Assembly: GCA_964016885.1 (NCBI GenBank)
Contig: OZ024743.1
Location: forward strand, 143,096,001 to 143,160,000
Length of the DNA: 64,000 nt
Source: Eledone cirrhosa
Taxonomy: Eukaryota
Direction of reading: 5' to 3'
Shown here: positions 58,401 to 64,000 of the stretch, piece after piece
How the letters are laid out: each line of letters opens with the position of its first letter
How positions within the stretch are numbered: position 1 is the stretch's first letter
The notes under the pieces: model-generated
Seen by the model: the letters and a program-made list of their open reading frames with translations, nothing else
The model's database searches: none
Told to the model about the DNA's origin: nothing
Translations under genes and position numbers: made by a program

Positions 58401-61400
58401 TTTGGTTATTGGTGCTTGGTGTTTGATGTGTGGTGCTTGGTGCTTGGTGTTTGGTATTTGGTGCTTGGTGCTTGGTGCTTGGTGTTTGGTGCTTTGTTCT
58501 TGGTGCTTGGTGTTTGGTACTTGGTGATAGGTGTTTGGTGCTTGGTGCTTGGTACTTGGTGTTTGGTACTTGGTGCTTGGTGCTTGTTGTTTGCTACTTG
58601 GTGCTTGGGGCTTGGTGTTTGGTGCTTGGTGTTTGGTGTTTGGTGTTTGGTGCTTGGTACTTGGTGTTTTGTGTTTGGTGTTTGGTGCTTGGTGCTTGGT
58701 GCTTGGTGTTTGGTGCTTGGTGCTTGGTGCTTGGTGCTTGGAGTTTGGTGTTTAGTGCTTGGTGCTTGGTATTTGGTGTTTGGTGCTTGGTGCTTGTTGT
58801 TTGGTGTTTGGTGCTTGGTGCTTGGTGTTTGGTGATTGGTGCTTGGTGCTTGGTGTTTGGTCTTTGGCGCTTGATGCTTGGTGTTTGGTGCTTGGTGCTT
58901 GGTTCTTGGTGTTTGGTGTTTGGTGTTTGGTGCTTGGTGTTTGGTGTTTGGTGTTTGCTGTTTGGTGTTTGGTGTTTGCTGTTTGGTGTTTGCTATTTGG
59001 TGTTTGGTGTTTGCAGTTTGGTGTTTGCTGTTTGGTGTTTGCTGTGTGGTGTTTGGTGTTTGGTGCTTGGTGCTAGGTGTTTGGTGCTTGGTGCTTGGTG
59101 TTTGGTGCTTAGTGCTTGGTGCTTGGTGTTTGCTGTTTGTTGTTTGGTGTTTGCTGTTTGGTGTTTGCTGTTTGGTGTTTGCTGTTTGGCGTTTGGTGTT
59201 TGCTGTTTGGTGTTTGTTGTTTGCGGTTTGATGTTTGCTGTTTGGTGTTTGGTGTTTGCTGTTTGGTGTTTGCTGTTCGGTGTTTGCTGTTTGGTGTTTG
59301 GTGTTTGGGCTTTGGTGCTTGGTGCTTGGTGTTTGATATTTGGTGCTTGGTGTTTGGTGTTTGGTGCTTGGTGCTTGGTGTTTGGTGTTTGGTGCTTGGT
59401 GCTTGGTGCTTGGTGCTTTGTGTTTGTTGCTTGGTCCTTGGGGCTTTGTGTTTGTTGCTTGGTTCTTGGTGATTGGTGCTTGGTGCTTGGTGTTTGGTAT
59501 TTGGTGCTTGGCGCTTGGTGCTTGGTGTTTGGTGTTTGGTGCTTTGTGCTTGGCGTTTGGTGTTTCTCGTTTGATGTTTGGCTTTTTCTGTTTGCTGTTT
59601 GGTGTTTGCTGTTTGCTATTTGGTGTTTTGTGTTTGCTGTTTGGTGTTTGCTGCTTGGTGTTTGCCGTTTGGTGTTTTCTGTTTGCTGTTTGGTGTTTGC
59701 TGTTTGGTGATTGGTGTTTGGTGCTTGCTGCTTGGTGCTTGGTGTTTGGTGCTTGGTGCTTGTTACTTGGTGCTTGGTGTTTGGTGTTTGGTACTTGGTG
59801 CTTGGTGTTTGGTGTTTGGTGCTTGGTGCTTGGTGTTTGGTGTTTGGTGTTTGGTGCTTGGTGCTTAGGTGTTTGGTGATTGGTGCTTGGTGCTTGGTGT
59901 TTGGTGCTTGGTACTAGGTGTTTGGTGTTTGGCGCTTGGTGCTTGGTGTTTGGTGCTTGGTGCTTGGTGTTTGGTGTTTGGTCTTTGGTACTTGATGGTT
60001 GGTGCTTGGTCTTTGGTGCTTGGTGCTTGGTGCTTGGTGTTTGGTGATTGGTCCTTGGTGCTTGGTGTTTGGTGCTTGGTGTTTGGTCCTTGCTGCTTGG
60101 TGATTGGTGCTTTGTGCTTGGTGCTTGGTGTTTGGTGTTTGGTGCTTGGTGTTTGGTGTTTGGTGCTTGGTGCTTGGTGCTTGTTGTTTGGTGCTTGGTG
60201 CTTGGTGCTTGGTGTTTGGTGCTTGGTGCTTGGTGCTTGGTGTTTGGTGTTTGGTGCTTGGTGTTTGGTGTTTGGTGTCTGGTGCTTGGTGCTTGGTGTT
60301 TGGTGCTTGGTGCTTGGCGTTTGGTGTTTCTTGTTTGATGTTTGGCTTTTTCTGTTTGCTGTTTGGTGTTTGCTGTTTGCTATTTGGTGTTTTGTGTTTG
60401 CTGTTTGGTGTTTGCTGTTTGGTGTTTGCCGTTTGGTGTTTTATGTTTGCTGTTTGGTGTTTGCTGTTTGGTATTTGGTGTTTGGTGTTTGGTCTTTGCT
60501 GTTTGGTGTTTGGTGCTTGGTGCTTGCTGCTTGCTGCTTGGTGCTTGGTGCTTTGTGTTTGGTGCTTGGTGCTTGGTGTTTGGTGTTTAGTGCTTGGTGC
60601 TTGGTGTTTGGTGTTTGATGCTTGGTGCTTGGTGTTTGGTGTTTGGTGCTTGGTGCTTGGTGTTTGCTGTTTGGTGCTTGATGCTTGGTGTTTGGTGTTT
60701 GGTGCTTGGTGTTTGGTGCTTGGTGCTTGGTGTTTGGTGTTTGGTGCTTGGTGTTTGGTGTTTGGTGCTTGGGGCTTGGTGTTTGGTGCTTGGTGCTTGG
60801 TGTTTGCTGTTTGGTGCTTGGTGCTTGGTGTTTGGTGTTTGATGCTTGGTGCTTGGTGTTTGGTGTTTGGTGCTTGGTGCTTGGTGTTTGCTGTTTGGTG
60901 CTTGATGCTTGGTGTTTGGTGTTTGGTGCTTGGTGTTTGGTGCTTGGTGCTTGGTGTTTGGTGTTTGCTGTTTGCTGTTTGCTGTTTGGTGCTTGGTGCT
61001 TTGTGTTTTCTCTTTGGTGCATGGTGCTTGGTGTTTGGTGGTTGGTCCTTGGTGATTGGTGCTTGGTGTTTGGGGCCTGCTGTTTGGTGCTTTGTTCTTG
61101 GTGCTTGGTGCTTGGTGCTTGGAGTTTGGTGTTTAGTGCTTGGTGCTTGGTATTTGGTGTTTGGTGCTTGGTGCTTGGTGTTTGGTGTTTGGTGCTTGGT
61201 GCTTGGTGTTTGGTGATTGGTGCTTGATGCTTGGTGTTTGGTGCTTGGTGCTTGGTTCTTGGTGTTTGGTGTTTGGTGTTTGGTGCTTGGTACTTGGTCT
61301 TTGGTGTTTGCTGTTTGGTGTTTGGTGTTTGCTGTTTGGTGTTTGCTATTTGGTGTTTGGTGTTTGCAGTTTGGTGTTTGCTGTTTGGTGTTTGCTGTGT

Positions 61401-64000
61401 GGTGTTTGGTGTTTGGTGCTTGGTGCTTGGTGTTTGGTGTTTGGTGCCTGTTGCTTGGTGTTTGGTGCTTGGTGCTTGGTGCTTGGTGCTTGGTGCTTTG
61501 TATTTGTTGCTTGGTGCTTGGTGCTTGGTGATTGGTGCTTGGTGCTTGGTGCCTGGTGCTTTGTGTTTGGTGTTGGTGCTTGGTGTTTGATATGTGGTGC
61601 TTGGTGCTTGGTGTTTGGTATTTGATGCTTGGTGCTTGGTGCTTGGTGTTTGGTGCTTGGTGTTTGGATTTGGTGTTTGGTGCTTGGTGCTTGGTGTTTG
61701 GTGCTTGGTGCTTGGTGCTTGGTGTTTCCTGTTTGTTGTTTGGTGTTTGCTGTTTGGTGTTTGCTGTTTGGTGCTTGATGCTTGGTGTTTGGTGTTTGGT
61801 GCTTGGTGTTTGGTGCTTGGTGCTTGGTGTTTGGTGTTTGGTGCTTGGTGTTTGGTGTTTGGTGCTTGGGACTTGGTGCTTGGTGCTTGGTGCTTGGTGT
61901 TTGCTGTTTGGTGCTTGGTGCTTGGTGTTTGGTGTTTGATGCTTGGTGCTTGGTGTTTGGTGTTTGGTGCTTGGTGCTTGGTGTTTGCTGTTTGGTGCTT
62001 GATGCTTGGTGTTTGCTGTTTGGTGCTTGGTGTTTGGTGCTTGGTGCTTGGTGTTTGGTGTTTGCTGTTTGCTGTTTGCTGTTTGGTGTTTGCCATTTGG
62101 TGTTTGGTGTTTGCTGTTTGGTGTTTGCTGTTTGGTGCTTGGTGCTTGGGGCTTGGTGTTTGGTGCTTGGTGCTTGGTGTTTGGTGTTTGGTGTTTGGTG
62201 CTTGGTACTTGGTGTTTTGTGTTTGGTGTTTGGTGCTTGGTGCTTGGTGCTTGGTGTTTGGTGCTTGGTGCTTGGTGCTTGGAGTTTGGTGTTTAGTGCT
62301 TGGTGCTTGGTATTTGGTGTTTGGTGCTTGTTGTTTGGTGTTTGGTGCTTGGTGCTTGGTGTTTGGTGATTGGTGCTTGGTGCTTGGTGTTTGGTCTTTG
62401 GCGCTTGATGCTTGGTGTTTGGTGCTTGGTGCTTGGTTCTTGGTGTTTGGTGTTTGGTGTTTGGTGTTTGGTGTTTGGTGTTTGCTGTTTGGTGTTTGGT
62501 GTTTGCTGTTTGGTGTTTGCTATTTGGTGTTTGGTGTTTGCAGTTTGGTGTTTGCTGTTTGGTGTTTGCTGTGTGGTGTTTGGTGTTTTGTGCTTGGTGC
62601 TTGGTGTTTGGTGTTTGGTGCTTGGTGCTTGGTGTTTGGTGCTTGGTGCTTGGTGCTTGGTGCTTGGTGCTTTGTATTTGTTGCTTGGTGCTTGGTGCTT
62701 GGTGATTGGTGCTTGGTGCTTGGTGCCTGGTGCTTTGTGTTTCGTGTTGGTGCTTGGTGCTTGATATGTGGTGCTTGGTGCTTGGTGTTTGGTATTTGAT
62801 GCTTGGTGCTTGGTGCTTGTTGTTTGGTGCGTGGTGTTTGGTGTTTGGTGTTTGGTGCTTGGTGCTAGGTGTTTGGTGCTTGGTGCTTGGTGTTTGGTGC
62901 TTGGTGCTTGGTGCTTGGTGTTTGCTGTTTGTTGTTTGGTGTTTGCTGTTTGGTGTTTGCTGTTTGGTGTTTGCTGTTTGGCGTTTGGTGTTTGCTGTTT
63001 GGTGTTTGTTGTTTGCGGTTTGGTGTTTGCTATTTGGTGTTTGGTGTTTGCTGTTTGCTGTTTGCTGTTCGGTGTTTGCTGTTTGGTGTTTGGTGTTTGG
63101 GCTTTGGTGCTTGGTGCTTGGTGTTTGATATTTGGTGCTTGGTGTTTGGTGTTTGGTGCTTGGTGCTTGGTGTTTGGTGTTTGGTGCTTGGTGCTTGGTG
63201 CTTGGTGCTTTGTGTTTGTTGCTTGGTCATTGGTGCTTTGTGTTTGTTGCTTGGTGCTTGGTGATTGGTGCTTGGTGCTTGGTGTTTGGTATTTGGTGCT
63301 TGGCGCTTGGTGCTTGGTGTTTGGTGTTTGGTGCTTTGTGCTTGGCGTTTGGTGTTTCTCGTTTGATGTTTGGCTTTTTCTGTTTGCTGTTTGGTGTTTG
63401 CTGTTTGCTATTTGGTGTTTTGTGTTTGCTGTTTGGTGTTTGCTGCTTGGTGTTTGCCGTTTGGTGTTTTCTGTTTGCTGTTTGGTGTTTGCTGTTTGGT
63501 GATTGGTGTTTGGTGCTTGCTGCTTGGTGCTTGGTGTTTGGTGCTTGGTGCTTGTTACTTGGTGCTTGGTGTTTGGTGTTTGGTACTTGTTGCTTGGTGT
63601 TTGGTGTTTGGTGCTTGGTGCTTGGTGTTTGGTGTTTGGTGCTTGGTGCTTGGTGTCTGGTGTTTGGTGCTTGGTGCTTGGTGTTTGGTGATTGGTGCTT
63701 GGTGCTTGGTGTTTGGTGCTTGGTGCTAGGTGTTTGGTGTTTGGCGCTTGGTGCTTGGTGTTTGGTGCTTGGTGATTGGTGTTTGGTGTTTGGTGCTTGG
63801 TCTTTGGTACTTGATGGTTGGTGCTTGGTCTTTGGTGCTTGGTGCTTGGTGCTTGGTGCTTGGTATTTGGTGCTTGGTGCTTGGTGCTTGGTGTTTGGTG
63901 ATTGGTCCTTGGTGCTTGGTGTTTGGTGCTTGGTGTTTGGTCCTTGCTGCTTGGTGATTGGTGCTTGGTGCTTGGTGTTTGGTGTTTGGTGCTTGGTGAT
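55070..64000. repeat. About 2.5 tandem copies of a ~3.1-3.8 kb unit
   Basis: ORF offsets 55342/58430 (3088), 55629/58878 (3249), 56273/59578 (3305), 56750/60048 (3298), 57394/60685 (3291); third copy 59578/63370 (3792). Confidence 0.8.

Larger units (their letters stand above)
1..64000 (+). repeat. Heptameric satellite array (TTGGTGY)n = (RCACCAA)n on the minus strand; runs to both window edges
   Basis: Every line parses into 7-bp units TTGGTGC/TTGGTGT with scattered variants (TTGCTGY, TTGTTGY, TTGATGY, TTGGTGA, TTAGTGY, TTGGTTC, TTGGTAY, TTTGTGY, TAGGTGY). No inversion seen; the + strand is G/T-rich and almost lacks A throughout. Confidence 0.99.
44500..64000. repeat. Satellite subdomain C, TTGCTGT-enriched, mosaic higher-order structure
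   Basis: Private markers TTTCTCGTTTGAT (46591, 49026, 50517, 52884, 56258, 59563, 63355), TTGATATGTGG (~45871, 48384, 49924, 52381, 61588, 62761), TTGGTTATTGG, TTTGCAGTTT; the A/B markers are no longer seen. Confidence 0.85.

Noticed and set aside
17-63957. Hundreds of + strand ORFs encoding WCLVLGA/WCLVFGV 'membrane' proteins
   Set aside because: They overlap in all three frames, start mostly at repeat-derived TTG/GTG and end at random variant stops; a direct consequence of a stop-free 7-mer.
1-64000. CRISPR array
   Set aside because: No constant 23-50 bp repeat alternating with unique spacers, and no cas genes.
1-64000. Canonical telomerase-synthesised telomere
   Set aside because: The motif is not a telomere repeat I recognise, and multi-kb exact copying of rare variants implies recombination or duplication rather than de novo addition.
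1-64000. Bacterial heptamer repeats such as cyanobacterial STRR2 TT(G/T)GTCA
   Set aside because: The motif differs, and those arrays are short and lie among genes; 64 kb without a gene is implausible for a prokaryote.
1-64000. Pure sequencing artefact or synthetic low-complexity sequence
   Set aside because: Hierarchically shared and private variants, a clean junction and in-register rearrangements fit a real evolutionary history, although exact copy numbers still need read validation.

Overview
The whole 64 kb window is one uninterrupted, single-orientation satellite array of a 7-bp monomer, TTGGTGY (a fine mixture of TTGGTGC and TTGGTGT; minus strand AAGCACC/AAACACC), roughly 9,100 units. 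I see no credible genes, RNA genes, transposons, CRISPR arrays or unique sequence. The ORF track is explained by the repeat: it has no stop codons and 7 is coprime with 3, so every + frame reads WCLVLGA/WCLVFGV and every - frame reads KHQAPST/KHQTPNT. The real information is in rare variant monomers, which act as markers. They reveal nested kb-scale higher-order duplications (offsets 406/420, 448, 553, 854, 1491, 1895, 2457, 2807/2808, 3287/2510, ~3300, 5783, ~7310 and ~12100 bp) and three subdomains: A ~1-25.0 kb, B ~25.0-44.5 kb and C ~44.5-64 kb, the last enriched in a third monomer, TTGCTGT. It is most likely eukaryotic heterochromatic (centromeric, pericentromeric or subtelomeric) satellite, but organism and function cannot be determined from the sequence. 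Offsets were read from recurring ORF-track entries and checked by eye against marker motifs; boundaries are approximate.
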